Sequence record: NC_047995.1
Reading direction: 5' to 3' (one strand)
DNA: 64,000 nucleotides
Shown: one piece after another, positions 17,606 to 25,333 of the stretch
Numbering within the stretch: the first letter of the stretch is position 1
How the letters are laid out: each line of letters begins with the position of its first letter
Made by a program: the position numbers and the translations under genes
The notes under the pieces: model-generated
Database searches by the model: none
Seen by the model: only the letters and a program-made list of their open reading frames with translations
Told to the model about the DNA's origin: nothing

Positions 17606-18034
17606 ATGTCACGAGAAGTTATTGTCCGTATCTTAGGACCTGTTGGTGTTGGCAAGTCGGCTGTGTACGCGACTTTGGTTAACGCTCTATCTCAAATCGG
17701 TGTTAGCGTTAAACACGCAGACGAGAAAGCGTGGACAGCACTGGAGAACGCTGGTGAAGTTGAGCTGTCTGCCGAAACGCTGAACGAACTCACTCCTGTT
17801 GTGACCTTCGAAGAAGTTGGTATTCGTACCGACGCTGCTGCTTCTCCAAATCAGATCATGCAGTATTTCGCATACGCTCACCTGCCGCCACATCTGCAAG
17901 CGGTAAGCAAGCCGTTCGCGTTGCTGGCACAAGAGATGGATCAGAACCTGCCAAACGGTCCTGAGAAGTCTACTGGTCTGCGCAAGTTGCTCGAAGCGAA
18001 AGACTGCATGGTACGTCAACTCGTAGCGAAGTAA
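17606..18034 (+). CDS. two-domain protein: P-loop-like N-terminus plus helical C-terminal domain (possibly Acb2-like)
   Basis: ILGPVGVGKS; C-terminal YFAYAHLPPHLQAVSKPF ... GPEKSTGLRKLLEAKDCMVR. Confidence 0.7.
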   Translation: MSREVIVRILGPVGVGKSAVYATLVNALSQIGVSVKHADEKAWTALENAGEVELSAETLNELTPVVTFEEVGIRTDAAASPNQIMQYFAYAHLPPHLQAVSKPFALLAQEMDQNLPNGPEKSTGLRKLLEAKDCMVRQLVAK

Positions 18035-18045
18035 TGGAGGCGATC

Positions 18046-18072
18046 ATGAGCGATTGGTTCTACGGCGGTTAA
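18046..18072 (+). CDS. possible 8-aa micro-ORF MSDWFYGG
   Basis: GGAGG RBS 5 nt before the ATG; followed by a terminator. Confidence 0.3.
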   Translation: MSDWFYGG

Positions 18073-18082
18073 TCTGCATAAC

Positions 18083-18107
18083 AAAGGGTGCCCTCGGGTG
18101 CCCTTTT
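18083..18107 (+). terminator. intrinsic terminator
   Basis: AAAGGGTGCC-CTCG-GGTGCCCTTTT hairpin with T-tract. Confidence 0.8.
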
Positions 18108-18150
18108 CTGATCTTAGACAACTAAAATAAGCCCAAAAGGACCATGCAGA

Positions 18151-18192
18151 ACCGTGCGTAAACAGTATAGAACCATGTGTAGGCAGCGTAGA
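18151..18192. repeat. degenerate 21-nt tandem repeat in intergenic DNA
   Basis: ACCGTGCGTAAACAGTATAGA / ACCATGTGTAGGCAGCGTAGA, 15/21 identical, plus a partial ACCATGCAGA at 18141. Confidence 0.35.
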
Positions 18193-18229
18193 AACACCAC
18201 CTTTTTTCTAAGCAGCATCAAGCGCTTGA

Positions 18230-18241
18230 AATCTGTAAATA
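18230..18241 (+). promoter_or_regulatory. candidate promoter motif AATCTGTAAATA
   Basis: Exact copy 18 nt before the dam ATG, followed by AAGGAG. Confidence 0.6.
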
Positions 18242-18259
18242 CTGATAAAGGAGAGAAAA

Positions 18260-19102
18260 ATGACAGTAATAAGTCCAATCCGTTATCAGGGCAATAAGCG
18301 CAGCCTCATTCCTATTATTCTCGAAAACACACCGTCAGTAAAAGACTGTCCACGGATGGTCGATGTGTTTGGTGGTAGCGCTACTGTCTGTGCGAACATG
18401 CCGCAGAAGTTTCGCGTATACAACGAACTTAGTCCTCAGGTATTTGATATCGTCAAGATGCTGGTGGAACAGGAGCCTAAGAAAACGTTGGGCCAAGTCA
18501 AGCGACTGGTCAAACACTGGTGCCTGACGAACAGCAACGAAGAAAACTACGATGCGTTCCGTACAGTCGTCCAGAAGAAGCGCACGGCAATCCTGCATTA
18601 CGTTGCACATCGACACGCGCACTCGAACATGCTGCGCTTCAATCAGCAAGGCGTGTACAACGTGGGCTTTGGTGATCGTGGTCTGATTGGTAAGTTCGAC
18701 GAACTCGAACACGAACTCACGTCCTTCCACCAGCACATGAAAGGCGTTCACCTGACGAACATGAAGTACGGTAAGTTGCTTGGTCGTCTCGGCAATCAAC
18801 TGGACTGCAACACGTTCTGCTACTTCGACCCGCCTTATCTGGCGAGTGGTGCAATGCAGTACGGTAAGTGGACCGAAGCTAACGAACGCAACCTGCTGGC
18901 AACGCTTGAACAACTGAACCGCTTGGGCGTACCGTGGATGTTGAGCAACGTCATAGAGCACCGAGAGTTCTCGAACGATCTGCTAAAGCGTTGGCTAAAG
19001 AAACACGCGACGACCGTGCTCTACCCAAACAAAAGTTATGCGATGAACAACGGCCAGAGTGGTTCGCATAGTACGATTGAAATTCTGGCGATGAACTACT
19101 GA
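18260..19102 (+). CDS. dam: Dam-like (D12 class) N6-adenine DNA methyltransferase
   Basis: SPIRYQGNK, DVFGGS, RFNQQGVYNVGFG, CYFDPPY, WMLSN. Confidence 0.9.
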   Translation: MTVISPIRYQGNKRSLIPIILENTPSVKDCPRMVDVFGGSATVCANMPQKFRVYNELSPQVFDIVKMLVEQEPKKTLGQVKRLVKHWCLTNSNEENYDAFRTVVQKKRTAILHYVAHRHAHSNMLRFNQQGVYNVGFGDRGLIGKFDELEHELTSFHQHMKGVHLTNMKYGKLLGRLGNQLDCNTFCYFDPPYLASGAMQYGKWTEANERNLLATLEQLNRLGVPWMLSNVIEHREFSNDLLKRWLKKHATTVLYPNKSYAMNNGQSGSHSTIEILAMNY

Positions 19103-19109
19103 GGAAGCA

Positions 19110-19799
19110 ATGATGGAACAAGAAATGAAAGACATGCCTGTACATATCGTTAACGGTTTCCAGTTCAGCGATAACTCCGCGCACCTCCTGTCCTACGCTC
19201 TGGACATGGCACGACTCGGCGGTAAGATTGGTCCTGAGTTCTGGGAAACCCACATCGTTGAGAACGTTGGTAAAACTTCAATGTCTGACATTATGCTGAT
19301 CAGCGGGCCTGTTATTCGTGCTAAAGATTTTAGCATGTTCGACAACATCGAACAGTGCTGCAAAGATGCGCAGGTTGTTTTCGAAGCTCTGTTGTACGGC
19401 TTTGATACGCTGATGCAGGAGTTCCGCACGGCGTTTGTAGACGAGGCTCCACACAAGCCTTGTGCCAGCATGTTGGTCAGTAAGGCTTTCAGTAACGAAC
19501 TGCTGTCATACCTGACGCGCCCCGCCGAAGAAGGTGATATGGAACTGCTGGACGTGTATCGCCGTCAAGCGTGTGCTCTGGTGGACGGCGAGCCTGTCAT
19601 CATGCGACTGCGACTGCCAGGCAATACGCAGTATCTCTGGAACGGTGAATGGCGTGCGCATTGCAAATCCGTAGAAGATGTTCGCGCACAACACTTCAAT
19701 AGTTGGTACTACAACCACGCGTTCACTAAGCATCGTATGCAGGCTCTGTCCAACAGCTACCTGTACACCAAACACTCTGAACACTTCAACCGAGGTTAA
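19110..19799 (+). CDS. hypothetical protein
   Basis: 229 aa, GAGGA RBS. Confidence 0.75.
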   Translation: MMEQEMKDMPVHIVNGFQFSDNSAHLLSYALDMARLGGKIGPEFWETHIVENVGKTSMSDIMLISGPVIRAKDFSMFDNIEQCCKDAQVVFEALLYGFDTLMQEFRTAFVDEAPHKPCASMLVSKAFSNELLSYLTRPAEEGDMELLDVYRRQACALVDGEPVIMRLRLPGNTQYLWNGEWRAHCKSVEDVRAQHFNSWYYNHAFTKHRMQALSNSYLYTKHSEHFNRG

Positions 19800-19801
19800 T
19801 C

Positions 19802-20278
19802 ATGATTGGTATCAATGAACTGCGTGGTCGTCTAGCCGTTGCCCTCTGCTTAGAAGTGAAGACAGCGGCAACGGCTGATATCGAATACTACGTTGACTCT
19901 GACGGACTGCCTATGGGTCTGGTGAAAGACTGGCGTCCTGATGCACCTGAGAAAATCCTTCAGGTCATCGAGCAGTACGGTCTGCGTGTCGAGCGTGTTG
20001 TTAAGCCAGGTATCCCTAAGCCAATCGACGCTGATAACGTTCAGTGGACGTATCACGTCTGGTCGCGTCATCCTGTATATCGCTTGCTGTCTGTCGATAA
20101 CTTTGCCCGACGCGAAGGCCCTCGTGTCGCAGGTGAAACACTGACGCTCGCCGTACTGACTTGGGCAGTGCTCCGTGCAGAGCGCATCAAAGAACTACGG
20201 GCATGTCCTGTGCAGTCCAAGTCATATAACTTCGAACGCTTACAGGAGCGTGTGTATGTATCATCCGTTGGGGGATAA
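19802..20278 (+). CDS. hypothetical protein
   Basis: 158 aa, GAGGT RBS. Confidence 0.7.
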   Translation: MIGINELRGRLAVALCLEVKTAATADIEYYVDSDGLPMGLVKDWRPDAPEKILQVIEQYGLRVERVVKPGIPKPIDADNVQWTYHVWSRHPVYRLLSVDNFARREGPRVAGETLTLAVLTWAVLRAERIKELRACPVQSKSYNFERLQERVYVSSVGG

Positions 20279-20666
20279 AGCAACCGACTCCGAAGTACGT
20301 GCGTACTACCAGAAGCAACATGATCGGGCAGAAGCCACTATGCGAGAAATCTGGGCGCTGCGTGGTTGGACGATTCGCTGGGAATGGCACAATGGAGTAT
20401 GTGACGACTGCGAGTTCCTATTTGATGAAACAGGCAAGCAGATGTTCCCGTACCATGACGCGATTCCGCAGACACATTCGATTGGCAGTTATATTGAGAA
20501 GCATCGCCTCAATGTTACGTTCACGAAGAAATCTGTAAAATTGATTAACAAGCAAGACCCCAACCCAGTTGAAGGTAAAGCCGACACATTACGTCAGGCA
20601 TATCTCAACTGGTTGCTTGCACTGGAAAAGCAGAAAGCTGAGGAGAAAACGTGCGCTGCGATCTGA
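20256..20666 (+). CDS. hypothetical protein
   Basis: In-frame ATG 20256 after AGGAG within track ORF 20175..20666. Confidence 0.65.
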   Translation: MYHPLGDKATDSEVRAYYQKQHDRAEATMREIWALRGWTIRWEWHNGVCDDCEFLFDETGKQMFPYHDAIPQTHSIGSYIEKHRLNVTFTKKSVKLINKQDPNPVEGKADTLRQAYLNWLLALEKQKAEEKTCAAI

Positions 20667-21172
20667 AAGAATTACCATTAGCATTAGACCAAGCTGAACA
20701 TATCATGGCGAGTGTTTTCACGCTGGCCGCTTCATCTAAATCGAAGCGTCGTGCAACTGCCGCCCTGCTCATCCATTTCCACAACGGCTTCCCGACTATT
20801 GTGAGTAGTGGTGTTAACGGCACTGAGCCTGGCACAAGCAACGTCATGGAGAACGATGATCTGACGCTCTCGCTCAACACTGTCATCCATGCTGAGGAGA
20901 ACTGCCTCAATCGCATGGAAGAATACAGTCTGTGGGCGAACGAAGAGGACATCCTGTTCTGCACAGATTCCCCTTGCCCTAATTGTCTGGCTTACCTTGA
21001 GTGCGAAGGCGTTAAGACCGTTGTGTATGCGCGTGAGTACCGCCTGACTGATCATCTGGACGCATCTGATATCAAGATGTTCTGTCTGGACATGAAGTCA
21101 GTAGAGCATCGTATGCTTCGCGGCATCGAGCGCATGAACGAAGTTATCGCAACAACACCAGCGTCTGAATAA
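20651..21172 (+). CDS. dCMP deaminase
   Basis: GVNGT, zinc motifs HAEENCL and SPCPNC, YAREY. Confidence 0.9.
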   Translation: MRCDLKELPLALDQAEHIMASVFTLAASSKSKRRATAALLIHFHNGFPTIVSSGVNGTEPGTSNVMENDDLTLSLNTVIHAEENCLNRMEEYSLWANEEDILFCTDSPCPNCLAYLECEGVKTVVYAREYRLTDHLDASDIKMFCLDMKSVEHRMLRGIERMNEVIATTPASE

Positions 21173-21193
21173 GACCAATAAGAGGTACTAACC

Positions 21194-21868
21194 GTGCAAG
21201 AGAAAATCTATCATCACGGCCTGAACAACAAAGTGTTGACCAGAGCCGAGCAGGACGAAATGTTCCGTGAACTGAATCGTATGCAACAAGATCGTATGCG
21301 TCACTTCGCAGAGCTTCTGGCAAATGAACCACGGTTAGTAGCTCAAGGTCCTAGCGGCTTGTTCAACCTGTCTGCGTTGGAAGAACGTGTCCACCTTCCA
21401 CTGCATACTATGTTTGCTGAAAAGGGACGTGACCCTGAAGGCCAACTGTCTGGTACACTCCGCTACGGCGGTACTGTTCGCGGTGTTGTGCATCGCTATC
21501 CGCACATGTCTGACAATTTGCCGAAAGGTACGATTAAGGTTGATCGGTCAGATGTGAATGTGCGCGTCACTCATGACGGACCTAATGGTGACGACTGGTT
21601 TCGCGCTATGGCATTCGGCTTGACTATGGACCAGATGGGAGCTGTCACGTTGGATAGCACACCTCCTGAAGGTTCAAATATTGTTGTCGATTACAAAACA
21701 ACTGGTGGTCCGATTGGTCCACAGTCAACGGGTAGAGCACTGCGTATCCCGCGTGAACCTGTTTGGCAAAGCAGCCAGCGCGACCGTGCTGCAACGTCTG
21801 CGCCAGCACGTAAGAAACTCCGTTCAAAGACACGCGCACAAAAGAAAGCGCGCCGTAAACAACGCTAA
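21194..21868 (+). CDS. hypothetical protein with basic C-terminal tail
   Basis: 224 aa, GAGGT RBS, GTG start, tail RKKLRSKTRAQKKARRKQR. Confidence 0.7.
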   Translation: MQEKIYHHGLNNKVLTRAEQDEMFRELNRMQQDRMRHFAELLANEPRLVAQGPSGLFNLSALEERVHLPLHTMFAEKGRDPEGQLSGTLRYGGTVRGVVHRYPHMSDNLPKGTIKVDRSDVNVRVTHDGPNGDDWFRAMAFGLTMDQMGAVTLDSTPPEGSNIVVDYKTTGGPIGPQSTGRALRIPREPVWQSSQRDRAATSAPARKKLRSKTRAQKKARRKQR

Positions 21869-21877
21869 GGAACTATT

Positions 21878-22360
21878 GTGGAACCTTTCCTGAAAGATAT
21901 CAAAGATCGTTTCGCTGCCGCACTGGGCATTGACCCTAAGATTCTCGATGCACCTGTGGACGAAGAATCTGTTGAACGTTTTAGCGCGTTCATGCGTGAA
22001 GACCAACGCAAAATCAAAGTGGGCATTGCACTCTGCCACCTTCAAATTCCAGATGATGTTCGATACGACCTGTTGCACAATCATCTGGACACGACTGAAC
22101 GCTTACTGCGTGAAACGTTCGACGGCCTCGCTGCCCAACTCGTTGCTGTTAACGGCACAGGTGGTGGCGATGAAAAACAAGCGGCGTCTGGTGCGTATCG
22201 TCTAGCTATGCTGATGAACATCCTGGGCTTCGACAACGAAACACTGAAAGGTGTGCTTACCGACCCAAGCCTTACTCGTCAGGCTGGTCTTATCGCTATG
22301 ACTGGCCTGAACGATATGGGTCAGAAAATCCAACAACTGTACGACGAGAAAACAAAATGA
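21878..22360 (+). CDS. hypothetical protein
   Basis: 160 aa, AAGGA RBS. Confidence 0.7.
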   Translation: MEPFLKDIKDRFAAALGIDPKILDAPVDEESVERFSAFMREDQRKIKVGIALCHLQIPDDVRYDLLHNHLDTTERLLRETFDGLAAQLVAVNGTGGGDEKQAASGAYRLAMLMNILGFDNETLKGVLTDPSLTRQAGLIAMTGLNDMGQKIQQLYDEKTK

Positions 22361-22521
22361 GCAACCCGACCAATCCATTAGCAGATTACTTTGATGCAGA
22401 CGCAGTTATCCCAGGTGTAGACGATGCAGAAGATCGCGTTGAAACTATGCGTGACGGTGGTGGCGAAGTCGTTGACGAGAAAGATGCTGATGGCTGTGAA
22501 AGCGGCGCCTGCAAAATCTAA
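22357..22521 (+). CDS. 54-aa acidic peptide ending in the NrdA C-terminal redox motif
   Basis: MSNPTNPLADYFDADAVIPGVDDAEDRVETMRDGGGEVVDEKDADGCESGACKI; ATGA overlap with the upstream gene; terminator right after; too short for the ORF track. Confidence 0.8.
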   Translation: MSNPTNPLADYFDADAVIPGVDDAEDRVETMRDGGGEVVDEKDADGCESGACKI

Positions 22522-22524
22522 CTC

Positions 22525-22552
22525 ATGGGGCCTAGTGCCCCATTTCTGTTTT
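22525..22552 (+). terminator. intrinsic terminator
   Basis: ATGGGGC-CTAGT-GCCCCAT followed by TTCTGTTTT. Confidence 0.7.
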
Positions 22553-22561
22553 GAGGGAATC

Positions 22562-23101
22562 ATGCAAACAGCATACCGTTGTAAGCATTGTAAGTACGTC
22601 CACGTAGGCAAGGTGAGTAGCTGCGACTGCAACAACGCTCGTTTTGAATACACGTTGGTGCATATCATCGACGTGCCTGAAAACGAGGAGCAGGTACCTC
22701 CGTTCAAAGACTTGCGCCACTCTCGTGAGCAAATGATCGTCAACTACAAAGACGGTCAGACGGGAAATGGCATCTATGCCTATCTCGGTACGCGTGAATC
22801 AATAGCTGGTGGTACTCGTCCTGACACTCAAATGCTTGGTACTATGTCAAGTACGATTGAACGTGGCAGTCAGACCTATCGCCAGCAAGAAGCGAACCAA
22901 AGAGCTAACTGCGTGTTGGCTGCCGCTGGTCCTGAGTTGCTGGAAGTCGCCTACATGTGCTATCAGTATTTCAATTTGAAACGCGAAGTGCAGGGCAGTT
23001 CTATCAAGAACGATAGCCGTATTTCCATTATCGCGGAGACCATTCGCAAGGCGACTGATATCTCCGTTTACGACACACCACAGGACTTCAAATATGATTA
23101 A
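22562..23101 (+). CDS. hypothetical protein with N-terminal CxxC/CxC zinc motif
   Basis: YRCKHCK ... SCDCN; ATG 22562 after GAGGGA. Confidence 0.7.
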   Translation: MQTAYRCKHCKYVHVGKVSSCDCNNARFEYTLVHIIDVPENEEQVPPFKDLRHSREQMIVNYKDGQTGNGIYAYLGTRESIAGGTRPDTQMLGTMSSTIERGSQTYRQQEANQRANCVLAAAGPELLEVAYMCYQYFNLKREVQGSSIKNDSRISIIAETIRKATDISVYDTPQDFKYD

Positions 23102-23690
23102 ACGTCTGAAAGATAAACTGGCTGCATACGGTCTGGCCCTGCACAACAGGCGCCAAGAAAATCGTAAGCGCCTCGCTGCCCTTCGCGTCATTCAGGACGG
23201 TGTGATTCATGGAGGTCAGGTGTGGACGTCGAAAGAAAACGGCGTAAACTACCAGATACTGTTTCTGACCAACCTGTACACCGACGGTTCGATTCAGGTT
23301 GTTTTCTCTAAGCACTGGGCGTATATCTCCTCAATGCCTGTTGAAGACTTCCTCGAACAGTTCACGCACAACGGTGAGATTGATAACTCGCTACCGCCTG
23401 CGTCTGACGACTTCATGGCTATGGCCACCAACATGTTTGGGCGCAGCACTATACGCAAGCCACAAGAGGGTGAGTATTGGTCGCGTGTTGATCGTAGGCC
23501 AAGCGGGTTCGATGAACATCGTATGCCTGTGTTCCGTGATCATAAGGTCACTATTCAGGTTCGTGGTATCGTGCACCAGACTCCTTCTCAACCCTTCGTG
23601 TTGTACAAAGAGAACGGCGAAGATCTTGTACTGAACATGCACCAATTCTTAAACCGCTACAGCCCGGAGCCCGAAGAAAATGTTGATTGA
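23094..23690 (+). CDS. protein with two DUF1653/SH3-like modules
   Basis: GQVWTSKENGVNYQILFLTN ... VVF ... MPVEDFLEQF and GEYW ... FVLY ... LNMHQFLNRY. Confidence 0.7.
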   Translation: MIKRLKDKLAAYGLALHNRRQENRKRLAALRVIQDGVIHGGQVWTSKENGVNYQILFLTNLYTDGSIQVVFSKHWAYISSMPVEDFLEQFTHNGEIDNSLPPASDDFMAMATNMFGRSTIRKPQEGEYWSRVDRRPSGFDEHRMPVFRDHKVTIQVRGIVHQTPSQPFVLYKENGEDLVLNMHQFLNRYSPEPEENVD

Positions 23691-24333
23691 TATTCTGAAA
23701 GCAGTACCTGCTATCGTCCTGTGTTACATCATCTGGCGTTGGTTGCTGAACAAGCGCGATCACAAACGCAATCTGGAACGTGCGCACAAGCATTACATGG
23801 ACGGTGATTTGAAGTGGGGTAACGTCTGGATTCACCGCAAGTCTGGTCGTCCTTACACTGTGCTGTGGTTGACTAATACAGGCACTACCAAATCAGACTG
23901 GAAGATATATAACGATTGGGAAATCAACGTTGTCTATACGCATGACTTCCAACAGATCTACAGTCGCCCATACGGTGAGTTCTGCCAGAAGTTCTTCCAC
24001 ACCAGTCGCGGCCAGAACGAAGAACACTTCGATAAGATTCTGACAGAAGTGCAGATGATTAACAACACTCGTCTGGAACTGCCTCGCGAAGGTGAGATGT
24101 GGTTCGAAGGGACTGTTCACGCTACACCTCCAGAGCTTGTCGCTAAGGGTCATGCCGCGCAGGTCGTGTCTCAGCGTCGTGCGCGTATCGACTTGGTGCT
24201 GGGTGTGGGAGAAGCGCATCCTGTTGTCGTATATACTGTAAATGATAAGCAGACAGCAATGCTGCTTTCGCAGTTCATCTTCATCTTCCGCAAAGAGGTT
24301 TCTTTCGATGGGACAGTCAGCTCTTGTATTTAA
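23680..24333 (+). CDS. N-terminal TM protein with two DUF1653/SH3-like modules (paralogue of previous gene)
   Basis: TM helix; GNVWIHRKSGRPYTVLWLTN ... VVY ... RPYGEFCQKF and GEMW ... VVVY ... MLLSQFIFIF. Confidence 0.7.
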   Translation: MLIDILKAVPAIVLCYIIWRWLLNKRDHKRNLERAHKHYMDGDLKWGNVWIHRKSGRPYTVLWLTNTGTTKSDWKIYNDWEINVVYTHDFQQIYSRPYGEFCQKFFHTSRGQNEEHFDKILTEVQMINNTRLELPREGEMWFEGTVHATPPELVAKGHAAQVVSQRRARIDLVLGVGEAHPVVVYTVNDKQTAMLLSQFIFIFRKEVSFDGTVSSCI

Positions 24334-24652
24334 GTATGTGATGTTCGTCCGTACGCGTAACAAAGAACGTGACGACGGCGTCCACATGCCAGTCATCTTC
24401 CCTACTCATATCATGCACTCCGATATGGGCGAAGCGATGGTAGGCTATGCAATCCAGAACGGTATGATCGAAAACAAATACTATCAGCGTATGACTCCCG
24501 TCAGTGCTGGCTTCATCGATCTGAATGACCTGCGTTGCTTCGGTGAGTCCGAGTCTCTGGACCTCAAGTCGCGTGAGCAGGACAGTGAGATCATCCGTGA
24601 GTACATGAAGACTCAGGGCAAAGGCGCGGATAAGCCGGAGATCGACGAATGA
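24308..24652 (+). CDS. conserved phage hypothetical protein
   Basis: KYVMF ... PVIFP ... PVSAGF ... CFGESESLDLKSR; ATG 24308 after GAGG. Confidence 0.7.
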   Translation: MGQSALVFKYVMFVRTRNKERDDGVHMPVIFPTHIMHSDMGEAMVGYAIQNGMIENKYYQRMTPVSAGFIDLNDLRCFGESESLDLKSREQDSEIIREYMKTQGKGADKPEIDE

Positions 24653-25029
24653 AAGAGTTCTTGTTGTCTATCTGGAACGCGCCTTTCTGGGACGAGCCTG
24701 TTAGCGCGTTCGTCGTGCCTGTGTGCGTCATCTCGTACTTTGTGATCGAACACTATCTGGAGAAACGTGCGCTGCGTCTGTCTCGCGCTGTGTTTGCTTC
24801 GGGCTGGAATCCTGTCAAAGGCACGGAGTACCGTCATCGCTTTCTGCCTTGGCGTGCCTGTCGTCTGTGCTACACGTCGAACAGCCCGAATGATAAGTTC
24901 ATGCCGTCTGTCGTGATTGATGTTGAGCGTGGTGGTATCGTAGAGCTGCCAGCACACGTCTTCCGTTTTCGCTATAGAGAGATTGAAAATGCCAACTCCA
25001 GTGATTCTACTCAAACAGCAGACTCGTGA
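24649..25029 (+). CDS. hypothetical membrane-anchored protein
   Basis: ATGA overlap; hydrophobic segment at residues 17-32. Confidence 0.65.
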   Translation: MKEFLLSIWNAPFWDEPVSAFVVPVCVISYFVIEHYLEKRALRLSRAVFASGWNPVKGTEYRHRFLPWRACRLCYTSNSPNDKFMPSVVIDVERGGIVELPAHVFRFRYREIENANSSDSTQTADS

Positions 25030-25333
25030 TCTGCTGTTGAAGATGTTCGGTCAGAACAAGCCGTTCATCGTCGTGCGTCGTGATGCCATTGTTGAAGAAG
25101 GAAAATCATTCGGAGATCGTGTGTACTTCTCCAACGGTACCAACACTGTTACTGTGCCAAACATTCAGGGCCTTGACCTGGGTGATAAGCTCTACGTCGC
25201 AGAAGACGGTGACGTGTATGAGTGGCATCCTCATTTCGAGCGTCCGTACGAAGCTGTGTCAAACAATCAGACCGAAGCGCTCGCGTTTGGTCTTCATCCC
25301 ATTATCTTCCATACTGACAGTCGGAATATCTAA
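24983..25333 (+). CDS. hypothetical protein
   Basis: 116 aa; TAATG coupling to thyA. Confidence 0.65.
   Translation: MKMPTPVILLKQQTRDLLLKMFGQNKPFIVVRRDAIVEEGKSFGDRVYFSNGTNTVTVPNIQGLDLGDKLYVAEDGDVYEWHPHFERPYEAVSNNQTEALAFGLHPIIFHTDSRNI

Noticed and set aside
18141-18200. CRISPR-like mini-array
   Set aside because: Units are adjacent, degenerate and have no spacers
22424-22561. N-terminal extension of track ORF 22424..23101
   Set aside because: It overlaps the NrdA-tail peptide gene and crosses a terminator; ATG 22562 has the RBS
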